A stretch of 63,731 nt of DNA, filler included, from Octopus bimaculoides (GCF_001194135.2; 5 parts of 5 records of this genome joined end to end with filler, not necessarily neighbours in it), one strand, 5' to 3'; counted from the first letter of the whole stretch, positions 12,028-25,515 are shown. Notes: a model not told the origin generated them from the letters alone. Program-made: numbers and translations.

Positions 12028-12974
12028 GTAAGTTGATTATAAGTATCTTGGGATTATCTATGTTAGACAGGAGTGTGACTCCTTCATCGCATATTATATA
12101 TTCATTGACTTCATACACCATAGAACTCTTCATTTATTCACTCACATAAGTGAAGCACAATCATAAAAACGAGCTAATAGGGAAGCAGTCCAATGCTTTT
12201 GTGTGTATGTATGAAAGAGAAAGAGAGAGTGTGTATAGACTGACCTACACACGTATCCATGTAGTTAGGTAGCTAATCAACTATCATATCTGCATTCCCT
12301 TTTGCGTTAGTCTACACTCATAATGGCGAAAAGCATTTAAAGAAAAAAATTAAATAATGTTTGTGCCCCAGGATGGCTAGAGCTTTTGGTCTGAAACATA
12401 TAAATGATGAAAATGTCACGCCCACAGATATTTGCTAACTAAAATTATTTCACTTTGATTTAACTATCTATCGCTATATCTTCATGACATAGTTTTACTA
12501 TGTTAAACATTTCGACCATGCAGAATAATAGAGACATTCTCCTTCTCTCGTCTCACTTTCCTCCTCTCTTAGACTCCTCTTCTCTTCCTTCTCTCTCTTT
12601 CTATATACATGTATATTTCTCTATTTGAGTTATTACCTCCCTTGGTGTAAGCGTAACACAAGGACAGAGACAGTAACGCATGAACGCGTAAAATAATAAT
12701 GTAGAATAATGATGATGATGATGGTGATGATGATGATGATGATGATGTATTGCACAAAGGTGTATTGCACTCAAAGGTAAAGCTATATTCACCGCTAAAC
12801 GTTGAAGGACTAGGACTTATCTGCGTGAGAGTTTGTGTGGCTAGTGAATGCAGATCTCTGTAGAACAGCAAATACCCTGCGGAAAGTACTGTCAGTTTGA
12901 AGTTCACAAACTGTTAGGCAGTCAATAAAATGATTCCTTCTTAACATGTCGTCACAATTTGTTTAAATGAAGGC

Positions 12975-13029
<55 letters not shown>

Positions 13030-13036
<7 letters not shown>

Positions 13037-13310
13037 GCCTTGATGCAGTATCACGCACTGGCTCTCATGGTTTCTGATCTTAACTGAATGGACGTGTTAT
13101 CATGTACATATTTTGTCTTGGTATAAAAGATGAGCTACAGGAAATATTCTACTCAATACCACAAATTTGCTTGTCAGTTGTCTGACCTTAACCAGTTGAG
13201 CATGTCTCTTGGTGGCTGACGATATGTGCTTCTCTGATCACAAGCAGAAGTAGTGGGGGAGCATGAAAGCCATGTTTTGAGAGGAATTCTTTGGGGCTTA
13301 AATAATTCAC
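13030..13310 (-). mobile_element. Short interspersed repeat, family B, with (AAT)n tail
   Basis: 13140-13290 is an inverted homologue of 21730-21885. The (AAT)n run at 12977-13033 forms the tail. Confidence 0.65.
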
Positions 13311-13610
13311 CTCTGGAAATTTGAGTGTTTCGTTCAAAATCCTTAAACAATCCTTATTCAGGGTTTTTTTGGGGCGGAGGGATGGGCTACGCGACGTGAA
13401 GAAAATTCTAACTGGACCTCTCCTGCAAGGTCATGCGCTGTTTATCTTGGTATGGGATCACCATTTCACGCACATATGGTTGTGATGCACATGGCTGGTG
13501 TACACTTATCAGAAGGGTAGTCATGGTACGTATACAGGGCTTCGTATATTTGTGCCCTACTGTCACTTTGATAGCATGCACTTCTCTCTCACTCAATAAT
13601 AATGATGATG

Positions 13611-13682
<72 letters not shown>

Positions 13683-14705
13683 GAGCACCGTTATTGACAG
13701 AACGTGTAGTGAATAATCTGGAAAAATATCCATTACCGCTGATTAATCGCAATGTGTCAAGTCAGAAGTTTTAACTATATATGTATAACACAAAAGAGAG
13801 AAATATGACTATGCAAATACCACACAACATAAATTCATAATTTATTAAAATTACTTCTGCCTCTAGAACCATCTATCGGTAAAATTTATTTTTACCTCAT
13901 ATCGTTATTATATTTCAACTGACAATATGAAGAACAACAAAAACCGTGTTGTATCAACACCCGACTAATTCAACCACCACTCACAAAACATGACAAGCAA
14001 CATATATATAAAAAAAAAAACAGTATCATCAGCTCAATGTTAAAAGAGAAACATGCATCATTAATTTTATGCATAAAAAAGTACAAAACATTAAACGTGT
14101 GAAACATGGTATCGCCAAAAACAAACTGAAATTTAACTAAAGTAAGGGCAATCTGCATAAACAAGACTTAAACAAATTTCGCAAAAGCGACAGAAAATGC
14201 ATACCTAAACACGAGACAAGTATGATAATGTTCTTGTGTATTATGATAATGTTCTTGTATATAATTAAGAGGGGAAAAAATAATCGAATTATACATTCTC
14301 AACACCGAAATCAGCAAAATATCAGAAACCAAAGTAGAACACTTAAAAGAAAATATGCAACATCACTATTATCATCATTGTTTAAAAGTCGACTTTTTCT
14401 ATGCGTGCATTTTGTACAGCCGGATGCTCTTCGTATCACTAACCTTCACCTCTTTCCGAGTAAAGTAATGTTTAACCGCAGGCTGACGTATTTTCACAAA
14501 AGACAGGAAACGAATGAAACAGCTTGTATGAGGGAGGCGCGTCAAGGAGACACAAACACACATACATACCTACATACATATATACATACATTCATACATA
14601 TATACATACATACATACATACATACATACATACATACATACACACACAAACACACATACATACATACATACATACATACATACATACATTCATATATACA
14701 CGCAC

Positions 14706-14845
14706 ACACACAGACACACCTACGCACGACGGGATTCTTTCAGTTTTGTCTCCCCTCAACAAGTTTTGGTCGCCTCGGGCCAATAGTAGACACTTGTCAA
14801 AGGTGTCACGCAATGGAACTGAGCCCAAAACCGTGTGTTTGGGAA
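14706..14845 (-). mobile_element. tRNA-derived SINE family A, 5' part
   Basis: Reverse complement of the family A head (tttcagtttt...gtcacgcaatggaactgagccc). Confidence 0.7.
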
Positions 14846-15166
14846 CGAAATTTTTCATTCATTATGCCCCTTAAGTATAAAGTACAAAAACAACACATGT
14901 AAACCAAACAAACTTAACAAAATACAACAAAACCAAAGTCTACAACACGCAGATACAAACTAACATGATCGAAGGAGAAGAGGCTAACGAAAAATATGAG
15001 TAAAAGAGAATAGGAGGAAGATTTGCGAAGGTGGAGATCATAAGCATGGCAATAATTCAAGAATAAATATCAATAGATCTTTCTAAGGAACAAGGAAAGT
15101 ATCTTCCAGAGGTAACACATGATAACACATAGCAATTGAAGAGCAACATTAAAGAAGCATAATTGG

Positions 15167-15355
15167 TTTTACAGGATTTTCTTACGGTTATTTCTACAAA
15201 TATTCTATGGAAGTTATAGCCAGCAATGAATTTTGATACAACGTTTCGTATAGAGACGTCAGACGTCTCTATACGAAACGTTGTTGCAAAAATCGGTGAT
15301 CGCTATAATTTCTATAGAATACCTGTAGAAATAACCTTAAGAAAATAATGTAAAA
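15167..15355. repeat. ~190-bp imperfect palindrome with a perfect 23-bp core
   Basis: 15238-15260 and 15262-15284 are exact reverse complements around a single A. The outer arms 15167-15220 and 15302-15355 are also complementary. Confidence 0.9.
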
Positions 15356-15839
15356 AGCACTGATAACGCAGTAGAACATGGTATTAACTTATGAAAACTT
15401 TTAATATAATTTATAGTATGTTGTGTTTGCATAACGAAATACAAATCAGTAATATTTTTCAATTAGCCCCAGGAAAGCGTTAAATGTATAAATTGCATTA
15501 TCCAATAACTTAACACCACCGTGTGTGGTAGCTATATAAGTAATGGATTTGGAGGTGAGAATGGGTTAGATGAGTCCTGATGGAGCTCCTCCCCTAAATA
15601 GGGCATATACTCTCATTACCTATTTTCTTTTCGATCTTATTGTTTGTTTACATCTGACTTATCGATACGAAATGTAGCAAAAATCAGTGCGGGTTATAAG
15701 TACCTACAAATCATTAACTAGTTTGACAGGCTTCTTCAAATAGACTAGAACATCGATGTCACATTTTTGTATGAAATAATACCTTCAGCAACCAAAGAAG
15801 CTACGAAGGAAAGTGGTTATTCTTTCTGAAATATTCATG

Positions 15840-16025
15840 AATACACGTTGATCTCAAATGTTGGCCAGGAGGGGGCCAGTCGATTAGATCTAACCCAGGA
15901 CACAACTGGTACTTTATCGACCCTGAAAGGATGAAAGACAAAGTCGACCTCGGCGGAATTTGAACTGAGAACGTAAAGCTAAACAAAATACCGCTAACGT
16001 TTCTGCCTGCTCACCACCTTGCTCA
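15840..16025 (-). mobile_element. Short interspersed repeat family C
   Basis: tatcgaccctgaaaggatgaaagacaaagtcgacctcggcggaatttgaactgagaacgtaaag. A second copy lies at 16430-16560. Confidence 0.7.
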
Positions 16026-16829
16026 TATATAAATATTGAAACACAATCAAACCAGGTGGAACAATTATAAAGAAAAACTAGAGAATAGTTATAACTACAA
16101 TAATATCGCAGAGTATATCTAATTACACAGAAAAATAATTTAAAAGTGCGCTCAAAATAAAACTGCAAATGAATAAATAAATGATAATTGTAATTTCCAA
16201 GACAAATTCAGTGTCAAACATTTTGAGGGAGGGCAGAGGACAGTTGGTTATATTGATAGCAATACTTGATTGCTACTATTTTATTGACTCAGGAAAGATA
16301 ACCAATTTGATTCAGAATTCAAGGGCACAAGTAAGTAGCGCAAACGTTTTTTCTTCCCACATTTGGAGTATTTTATTTCTATACCTGCCACATATTCTCC
16401 ATCGTAAAATCCTCCTTGCTATAAGCTGAAGGCTTGAAATTTTGGCGGTCTCCTAGTACTCGACTGGTACTATTTTATCGTATTACGTAAGGATGAAAGG
16501 CAAAGTCGGTTACAGCAGAATTTGAACTCCAAACGTAAAGAGTCAGACAAAATGTTACTAAACATTTCTCAACACCCCTCTCTATTCTCCATTGTAAAAT
16601 AAAATCATTACATTTTTGATGTTAATTCTTTTAAGATGTTTATTCAATCTTCATACATAAGATTTATTCGTCTCATTCATAGCTATCTCTTGTACTAAAA
16701 ATTCTTTTTATCTCAGTAATAGAAATCTCTTTGATATGAGAATTCCTTTTCTTTTTCTTTCTCCCCTCCTTCCTTATCACTTTTTCTGTTTGCTTTTCTT
16801 TACCTTACTTCAATTTGCTTCATTTGCAG

Positions 16830-16963
16830 CCGTTTTTGTCATCCAAGTTGAAAACTCATGATACGTGTGGCGTGAACAATCTACACGGCATGCCTGCTCT
16901 TATTGCAGGTATTGCTGGTGCAGTCGCTGCAGCAACTGCAACAGAAGACACTTATGGACTCAG
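16830..16963 (+). CDS. Rh50: Rh-type ammonium transporter, exon 4 in window
   Basis: tttgcag acceptor and gtacga donor (phase 0 to 2). Encodes [44 protein letters not shown], with DTCGVxNLHG (second pore His). Confidence 0.96.
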
Positions 16964-17239
16964 GTACGATGTTGAATTTAAACCATGTTAAACTCGTCAC
17001 AGAGTAAGATAACGACACAAATAATTTTCGAATCACAAAGACCCTTACTTTTTGTCTCCTTCGAGTTTAGCGGATTAAAAAATGTAAATCTTCTTTCTAC
17101 GTAGCAAGTGCTGGCATATCGTAAGAGGGACTTGAACTTCATGTAGCCACGTAACTTAATTACCCATCAGTTGTACCGTGCCATCACATCTTACACTGGT
17201 GAATTCAACTATCTGTAAAATCAATTTAATACATGAAGG

Positions 17240-17615
17240 CACTCTGTCGCTTACGACGTCGAGGATTCCAGTTGATCCGATCAACGGAACAGCCTGCTCG
17301 TGAAATTAACGTACAAGTGGCTGAGCACTCCACAGACACGTGTACCCATAACGTAGTTCTCGGGGATATTGAACGTGACACAGTGTGACAAGGCTGACCC
17401 TTTGAATTACAGGCACAACAGAAACAGGAAGTAAGAGTGAGAGAAAGTTGTGGTGGAAGAGTACAACAGGGTTCGTCACCATCCCCTGCCGGAGCCTCGT
17501 GGAGCTTTGGGTGTTTTCGCTCAATAAACACTTGCAACGCCCGGTCTGGGAATCGAAACCGCGATCCTATGACCGCGAGTCCACTGTCCTAATCACTGGG
17601 CCATTGCGCCTCCAC
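17240..17615 (-). mobile_element. Apparently full-length tRNA-derived SINE (family D) with a 12-bp target-site duplication
   Basis: The minus strand has a B-box GGTTTCGATTCCC near its head. AATACATGAAGG is repeated directly at 17228-17239 and 17616-17627. Confidence 0.85.
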
Positions 17616-17837
17616 AATACATGAAGGACTCNNNNNNNNNNNNNNNNNNNNNNNNNNNNNNNNNNNNNNNNNNNNNNNNNNNNNNNNNNNNNNNNNNNNN
17701 NNNNNNNNNNNNNNNNNNNNNNNNNNNNNNNNNNNNNNNNNNNNNNNNNNNNNNNNNNNNNNNNNNNNNNNNNNNNNNNNNNNNNNNNNNNNNNNNNNNN
17801 NNNNNNNNNNNNNNNNNNNNNNNNNNNNNNNNNNNNN

Positions 17838-17874
<37 letters not shown>

Positions 17875-18751
17875 ACACACAAAGACACAGTCAAACACTC
17901 AAATGCATATCTGTATGCGTATCAATTCAGACATACCTTCACACAAGCTGTTATAATTCTACGCATATTCAATCAAGATACGTTTTCTTTCTAAAACATG
18001 AAACTCTAGACATGTAACGGAAGCAAAATTTTCATTCGCAATATGGTTGGTTCGTCGTAATTATAACTAACCACCGTGTTTATTTCTGTGTGTTTGAGCC
18101 TAACAAAAACAATGGCAACACCGCGCGCGCGTACACACACACACACACACACGCACACACACACATACGTACACACGGACATACACTCACGCACACACAT
18201 ATATGACTGTGCGGATTTTGTCATGTTCTTCAAAGTAGTATTGTTGTGTCTTTTGTTATTGATTCTCGCCCTGTTCTGTGTAAGCTGACCTAAGATTAAA
18301 AGTGCTGTACTAGTAATCATCCCGCCTATATTTAAAGCATTGTCTTCTGTACATGACTCTGTGTATATATGCTTCCATCTCTTTCAAGAGGAAGATATAG
18401 CTGGTATTTGAGAGTCGGGAGAGCACATATAAATGTATTATTATTGATCTGTGAAATATCTTAGTTCAGCTACAGTCATCTAATATATTTAAACATTTGG
18501 CCTCTGGTCACAGCCTAGAAACTAATAGTTGACTAATATTTACTTAAGAAACAACCCTGCACCGTACACACAATCATTAGTTTATACTGTTCTAAATCCC
18601 AAACCAAACATATATCTTTAAAATAGATATACCTATCTATAGAGTGGACGAATACACTTATAAAGGATGAGCTGAGTTAACTATTCGGATTTCAGGATTC
18701 CCTTCTCATCTACAATCAAACTGAGTGAAAATCATTTGCGCATTCTTTTGA

Positions 18752-19125
18752 GTAGCTGTGTGGTAAGTAGCTTACTTACCAGCCACATGGTTCTGGGTTC
18801 AGTCTCACTGCGTGGCACCTTGGACAAGTGTCATATGATATAGCCTCGGGCCGACCAAAGCCTTGTGAGTGGATTTGGTGGACGGAAACTGAAAGAAGCC
18901 CGTCATATACATATGTGTGTGTGTGCGTGTGCGTGCGCATGTGCGTTTGTGTTTGTTCCTCCACCATCGCTTGACAACCGATACTGGCGTGTCTACGTTC
19001 CAGTAACATAGCGGTTCGGCAAAAATGACCGATACAATAATAAGTTCTGGAGTCGATTTGTTCGGCTAAAGGGGGTGTTTCTGCATGGCCGCAATGAAAT
19101 GACTGAAACAAAAGAGTAAACGAGT
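18752..19125 (+). mobile_element. tRNA-derived SINE family A, near full length with internal microsatellite
   Basis: A-box-like gctgtgtggtaag, B-box-like gggttcagtctc, internal (TG)n and 3' module ttgacaaccgat...gactgaaacaaaagag. Confidence 0.8.
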
Positions 19126-19382
19126 AAATGTTTGTGTGTGCGTGTGTACGCGCGCGCGCGTGCGCACGTGTGCATACACGCATGTGCAAGATTCTAGAGA
19201 GATAAAGCCAAATTAGTCTCTACTTCCCAAGTAATGTATATAAATTTCTGCCCCGACATCCGAAATTCTGAGTTTTATCATGGCTACCGAATAATTGTCA
19301 CAAATTATATTTACAGATAAATTCCTCTATTTACATAATATCGAGGTCTCTTTCATTCTTTTGTTGTCTTGCCATTTCTATC

Positions 19383-19446
<64 letters not shown>

Positions 19447-19689
19447 AAGTAACAAACTGAGGAAAAGAACTCCTTCAAATGAGTGTGTTGAACGTTCAAT
19501 TCACTGGTACTTCAGTTGGATACCATATAAATATTAGTATAATTCAATAACAAAGATAGATTAAATATAGAGACATTCTATATTAGAGACATTCAACAAC
19601 TTATTTATACTACAATATTACATTAAATACTATGAATATTATATATAACATAACATAATATTACATAGATAATTATGAAAATCGTAAAA

Positions 19690-19764
19690 TTACAACAAAT
19701 TGTTTCGACTTATTTTCTGATATACATAATCATAGTTCAATTATATATAAGTCACTTCAGGGTC
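19690..19764 (-). ncRNA. Decayed type I hammerhead-like motif
   Basis: Minus strand CTGAAGT GACTTAT...ATAAGTC GAAA CAATTTG TT. Stem II is a perfect 7 bp with a G-C closing pair. A9 is changed to T and stem I does not pair. Confidence 0.5.
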
Positions 19765-20441
19765 AATCATTTCAGAAAGGTGAAATACCGGTTGGATTGT
19801 AAAAATTAATTCAAATGTCTGTGTTATGAGCGTGTGCAATAATATGTGTGCATATAGATGCATATAATTAAGTATCTAAGTCTTCTCCAACGTGTAACTA
19901 CAACAAAAATTATATATAAACAATTACATCTTCAATACAACAACTCTTTTATCTATTTAAATTAGTTGCTATAAAAAAATTAATTGTTTATTATTAGTTA
20001 ATTTAAACAAATATTTTTTTCCAATTAAAAACAATTAATTTATTTTATTACTCCTGGATCACCTATAAGGGATTTCAGTGTGTAGTGGTATTAAACTAGC
20101 TTTAATTTGGAAGTTAATATATGCCCTCATTTAGTATTGAAAACTACTATTTCTGTGGTGAGGAGCTCTGGGTGCTATTTGTGGGGATGGTGCAAAGGGT
20201 CTCGAATGCTATTTATATTTAACGAAGGTAAACTTACCCTTGTGTAGGCAGGCTATGCTTTGATANNNNNNNNNNNNNNNNNNNNNNNNNNNNNNNNNNN
20301 NNNNNNNNNNNNNNNNNNNNNNNNNNNNNNNNNNNNNNNNNNNNNNNNNNNNNNNNNNNNNNNNNNNNNNNNNNNNNNNNNNNNNNNNNNNNNNNNNNNN
20401 NNNNNNNNNNNNNNNNNNNNNNNNNNNNNNNNNNNNNNNNN

Positions 20442-20480
<39 letters not shown>

Positions 20481-21248
20481 ATACAACCTTTCCATTAAAA
20501 GAAAGTTGTGGAGTTGGCGCTAAGCACCTGGTGAACTGACTCTGCTTCAGGAAGTAATCGCAAGTTGACTTATTTTACGTGTCCTATCGGTAGTCTATGG
20601 AACCCACATGACAGTTGCAACGTCTCTCGAATTCTGTGTCTGGTCATCTATTGGCGCATACTACTGATCACGTATGATCAAACAACCGATTCTGTATATC
20701 GCCTTCGTTGTGTCAGTAGTTAATGTACATTCATATGCTCAATTACGCGTAACTATACATACATACATACATGCATACATACATACACTGAAGCCTCTAC
20801 ATGTACACATCAAGATATATGTGCATTAACGCACAGCAGTGATATTTACATGCCTATTGTTTTTCAGTGTACGTAGCACTTATATACATACAGTACATGC
20901 ATACAAGTATACATAAATAGCAGCCATACACCATTAGTTATCTTTACCTATAGCACACATCAGAACCAAAATCTAGTTTATATCTCAACACGTCTTCCAA
21001 AAATACACATGAATAGAAATATGTATGTATGTGTGAAGGTTTGTGTAAATGCAGTATTCCTTATTTTACTTTTTATCTTATACGAACACTACTACTTATG
21101 TACTTACTAACTTCGGCAAATACCTACTAATACACACAGATACTCTTCTTCCCAACACACACATAAACGCCATACGTGCGCACGCAAGCACTCACGCATA
21201 TACTCACATATTAAAGAATTAACATTTTCTTCATTTTGCATTTTCCAG

Positions 21249-21427
21249 TCTCTATGAACATTTTCCGCTCCGTCGTCCTGCAAGCAACGACACAGAGTTT
21301 ATTCGAAATGGAAGTGACTTGTCGGTAGAACTAGGAGCTGGAAGAAGTGCCATTGAACAAGGAGGATTTCAGATGCTAGCTCTTGTTATTACCCTGGCTA
21401 TTGCTGTCGTTGGGGGAGCTCTAACAG
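21249..21427 (+). CDS. Rh50: Rh-type ammonium transporter, exon 5 in window
   Basis: ttttccag acceptor and gtaaca donor (phase 2 to 1, 179 nt). Encodes (S)LYEHFPLRRPASNDTEFIRNGSDLSVELGAGRSAIEQGGFQMLALVITLAIAVVGGALT: extracellular loop plus last TM helix. Confidence 0.92.
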
Positions 21428-21714
21428 GTAACAATTACTTTCCAGAAATCAAGCCATCAGCTCAGTTCTGTAGTTATTACATCAATGAGATATATGCTGT
21501 AGCACAGGCTTCGTGGTGATGGCTAAAACAAATTAAACAGCTTAAAAATCTCTCAGTTAATAGCAATATTAATTTCAATTCATCACACTCAGTCAGAGGA
21601 TAACACTGTGCAACACGAGTTTTGTCTTTGAGTAGCAACTGTTATTTCCTATTTCCTTACACATAAAAAGTATGAAAAATGGCAAATATTTCTTTTAAAC
21701 TTTGCTTTTGTTAC

Positions 21715-21900
21715 GTTTATTCAAACCTCACCCAAAGAATCCCTCTCAACACATGGTTATGCTGCTCTCCCACTACTGCTTATGATCAGAGATGCACCTA
21801 TTGTCAGCCACTAAGGCACATACTGTAATGGTCAAGGTCAAGCAACTGACAAGCAAATCTTTGGTATTGAGCAGATTATTTGCTATAACGATATTTATGC
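21715..21900 (+). mobile_element. Short interspersed repeat family B
   Basis: Inverted homologue of 13140-13290 (cccaaagaatccctctcaacacatgg...actgacaagcaaat). Confidence 0.65.
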
Positions 21901-22469
21901 TTCAGCAATTCAGTACTGAATTTATCTGAAATGTGATGGAAAATAAGTCAGCATCAAACATTAATGTCTAGGTCCCAAAAGCAAAGTTTGAAGGGAATAG
22001 TAGTCATTTGCTTTGATTTCTATATAGAAGCAAATAAGATATACAACTTATTGATCAAAGGCAAAAAATAAAATAAAATAAAATAAAAATGTTGTTACAC
22101 AGTATAATAATTGCAAAAAGAATTACTTCAAGTCACAAAACAGTATCAGCATTCGCTGCTGGCATTCAATTCCGTTTTAATGTTTATGCTCACGCACTCT
22201 TACGCCAGGTCTGCCTGAAGATTATGTCAAGGATAGAAGTATATGTTGAATATTCATCCATTTACACTGTAATTCAAATGAATAGGTTTCGCTGTTTAAG
22301 TGACTGGAACACTTGACGACATGAGATCCATTTACCATTCATTCATTCATTCATTCATTCATTCATTCATTCGTCGTCGTCGTCGTCGTCATCATCATCA
22401 TTGTTGTCATCATCGTCATCGTCGTAATCATCGTCGTCGTCGTTGTCATCATCATTGTCATTGGCATTG

Positions 22470-22505
<36 letters not shown>

Positions 22506-22907
22506 GGTTCAACAGGATGGTTTCTAGAACTGAATGCCCTTCCTTATGTCAGCCATTTTAAATAATATATTAGTTGCTATTCTTATGGCCCTTACACTTG
22601 TGAAATCACCATGTAACTAGCAAGACAAGAACCCTTGACAAGGTGGGAGAACAGTATTGAAGGACGTGGAATTGCACCAGCTTTTGAAGGGTTAAAGTAT
22701 AAAGCAAGAACAGGAAAAAGTGTCTGGTTATATAGCTATTCCTGCTGAAAAGGAAGAAAGGATGAAGGAGATGTCAGGGTGTCCCCTCAAGATATAAGAA
22801 GGTGGATATTAGAAAGAATAAGGACACAGAAACTAGGTTGGCTTGATGAATAGTTTTGTGAAAGCAATAATATTTTAGTGAAGATAGACGAAAACTAAGG
22901 AATTGGT

Positions 22908-23052
22908 ATATTTCAGTTTCCGTCTACTAAACCCACGCACAATGCTTTGGTTGGCACGAAGCAACAGCAGAAGATAGCTGCATAAGGTCCCTCGCTGTGT
23001 GACTGACCCCAGAACCATTTGATTGGGATGCAAAGTTCTTACCACCCAGCCA

Positions 23053-23053
<1 letters not shown>
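22908..23053 (-). mobile_element. Diverged SINE family A, 5' part
   Basis: tttcagtttccgtctactaaacccac...cttaccacccagcca, the reverse complement of the family A head. Confidence 0.65.
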
Positions 23054-23127
<74 letters not shown>

Positions 23128-24593
23128 TTGTCCTGCGATAACATCACTTATGGACTTGCTGAGAGCGCGGAGTTGCACCCAGTCACGTCAGCTATATATT
23201 GTAACACAGCTTTAATGTGTTAAGTTGATCATATTGACACCACTACATTTTTGTCTCTGGTATGTTTTGTGTGTATCTCTACATACATATAAATAATCAA
23301 GCCTCTAAATTTAGGGACAGAAAGTGGCACCGTTTAAAGAAAATACACTTTCAAAGCGTAAACAAAAGCACCTATGATTACATTAGTTGCTAAGAGTCTC
23401 ACCATCTCCCCTCTCACATATACTAGTAGATTTACGAGTTGAGAAATATATACGTACATATACAAACGCACGCATGTGTCTTTGAGTGTGTGCGTGTATA
23501 TAGACCTATATTTTTCTACTTGTAAATCTAATTGCCTTTTGGAATACACTTTTTATATACTTCCTCACTGGAAAACCTTTCCTTGTATATTGCACAAATG
23601 TAATTCTTCCTTCCAAAATAAATCGAAGCTCCGATAAAGATATAGGATGTAATTCAGACACTCAACTAAGAATCCACGGCATCTTATAGCAGAAACAGCT
23701 ATTAGCTAATGAAGTTCATAACATAACAATCGTTTCTCCTGTGTCATCTATTTTTCTTACACACACACACACATATATATGTGACATACCTTTGAGTCAG
23801 TACGTATAGGTTAAAGTGGTTAGGAGCGCAGACGATTAGGCAATGCAGGACAAGGACATTTAATTTCTTTTAATCCAATCTAAGACTTAGTTATATAACG
23901 AATGGTAAAAATAGCTCAAACTGATAAAGATAGTCTCTGACAGCTGTTTCTAGGATGTCTCACATACTGGAGCATCGTATCGAGCGATGACTCTCTAAGT
24001 TAAGTATTCCCCCATCAGTGAATAAATGTTCCTCATCAATGGTATTTGTTGTGGTTCGTTAAGTCCAGGAGGGAAGGAGTACCCAATTAAATCCAGTTGG
24101 ATCGGGTCTTCTTTAAGTAAATCCCTGATCAGAAAGAATGGTTAAGTAGTACAATATGATGAATAAAAGGAAATAATTTTTATCCCTATTGAAGGAAAAT
24201 GAAAATGAATGCTAGCAGATTTAAAGAGGTGCATGGAATAAAAATGGGGCACTGCGTAACAATTCTTTCCTTCTGCTCGCGAGGCCTTTCTATTTAATCG
24301 TTGTTCCTGATCATGGATTTACCTAAAGACGACCCAATCCNNNNNNNNNNNNNNNNNNNNNNNNNNNNNNNNNNNNNNNNNNNNNNNNNNNNNNNNNNNN
24401 NNNNNNNNNNNNNNNNNNNNNNNNNNNNNNNNNNNNNNNNNNNNNNNNNNNNNNNNNNNNNNNNNNNNNNNNNNNNNNNNNNNNNNNNNNNNNNNNNNNN
24501 NNNNNNNNNNNNNNNNNNNNNNNNNNNNNNNNNNNNNNNNNNNNNNNNNNNNNNNNNNNNNNNNTATATATATATATATATATATACATGCAG

Positions 24594-24632
<39 letters not shown>

Positions 24633-24826
24633 AAGATAGATAGATAGACAGGCAGACAGGCAGGCAGACAGACAGACAGACAGACAGACAGATAGACAGA
24701 CAGACAGATAGATCGATCGATCGATAGATAGATAGATAGACAGATAGATAAATCTCTGTGTATACCTATGTATATTACATGCAAAATATAGAGTGAAACG
24801 TGTTCTTTGTTTTCTGTTTTTGACAG

Positions 24827-24975
24827 GTGCCATCTTGAAATTTGTGCCTGTTCTGGATCAACCACATAAAGATAACATATTTGACGACAAGAAATACTGG
24901 CACATACCTGTAGACGAGGAATCCATGCAGAATGGAAACACTGATAATGCTACGTTTATCCAAGTTTCAGCATAA
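24827..24975 (+). CDS. Rh50: Rh-type ammonium transporter, terminal coding exon
   Basis: Pyrimidine tract plus gacag acceptor (phase 1). Encodes (G)[48 protein letters not shown] with TAA at 24973-24975. FxDxxYW resembles the vertebrate Rh tail motif. Confidence 0.92.
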
Positions 24976-25433
24976 CATGCTGTCATGGAACGAATTGGAT
25001 TACATGGCTATTTACAAGGAAAATCGTTTGCTCGGCCTATTGGCACATAAATAGGATACAATATTGTACACACATGCACATACACATATGTGTGTGAGTG
25101 TATGTGCAAGTGCATGTATATACGTATGTACATTGTGCATATGTGCATATTTATCTATACATACATAAATACATACACACATAGACACGCTCACACATAT
25201 ATTAAATGCAATACAACGAAAATAAGGATGAAAACATTCAATCTTTAGCTGGCTCCACTGTTTAATACCCAATTTTGTAGAGAAAATCCTTACAATTCAC
25301 ATGGGTATATATTAAATTTATAAAAATGAATAGAAAATGGAGATATACAATTGTCAATTTAAAAATTAAAATTTATTAACACAATATATTATTATAATAA
25401 TATAATATAATAAATAATTAATATTAAATACAG

Positions 25434-25515
25434 ATTACATACAAATGTTCCGATTCTTACACAAAATAAAATTAGAAAAATCCGTTGTTTTTGAGTAAGA
25501 ATCTCTTCGGATGTA
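25434..25515 (-). ncRNA. Decayed inverted copy of the 25534-25622 hammerhead
   Basis: Minus strand CCGAAGA GATTCTTAC...GTAAGAATC GGAA CATTTG TA TGTAAT, with U4C and A13G changes. Confidence 0.65.

Noticed and set aside
19457-19500. CTGAGGA...GAAC hammerhead-like string
   Set aside because: GAAC replaces GAAA, stem II has two mismatches, and there is no stem I.
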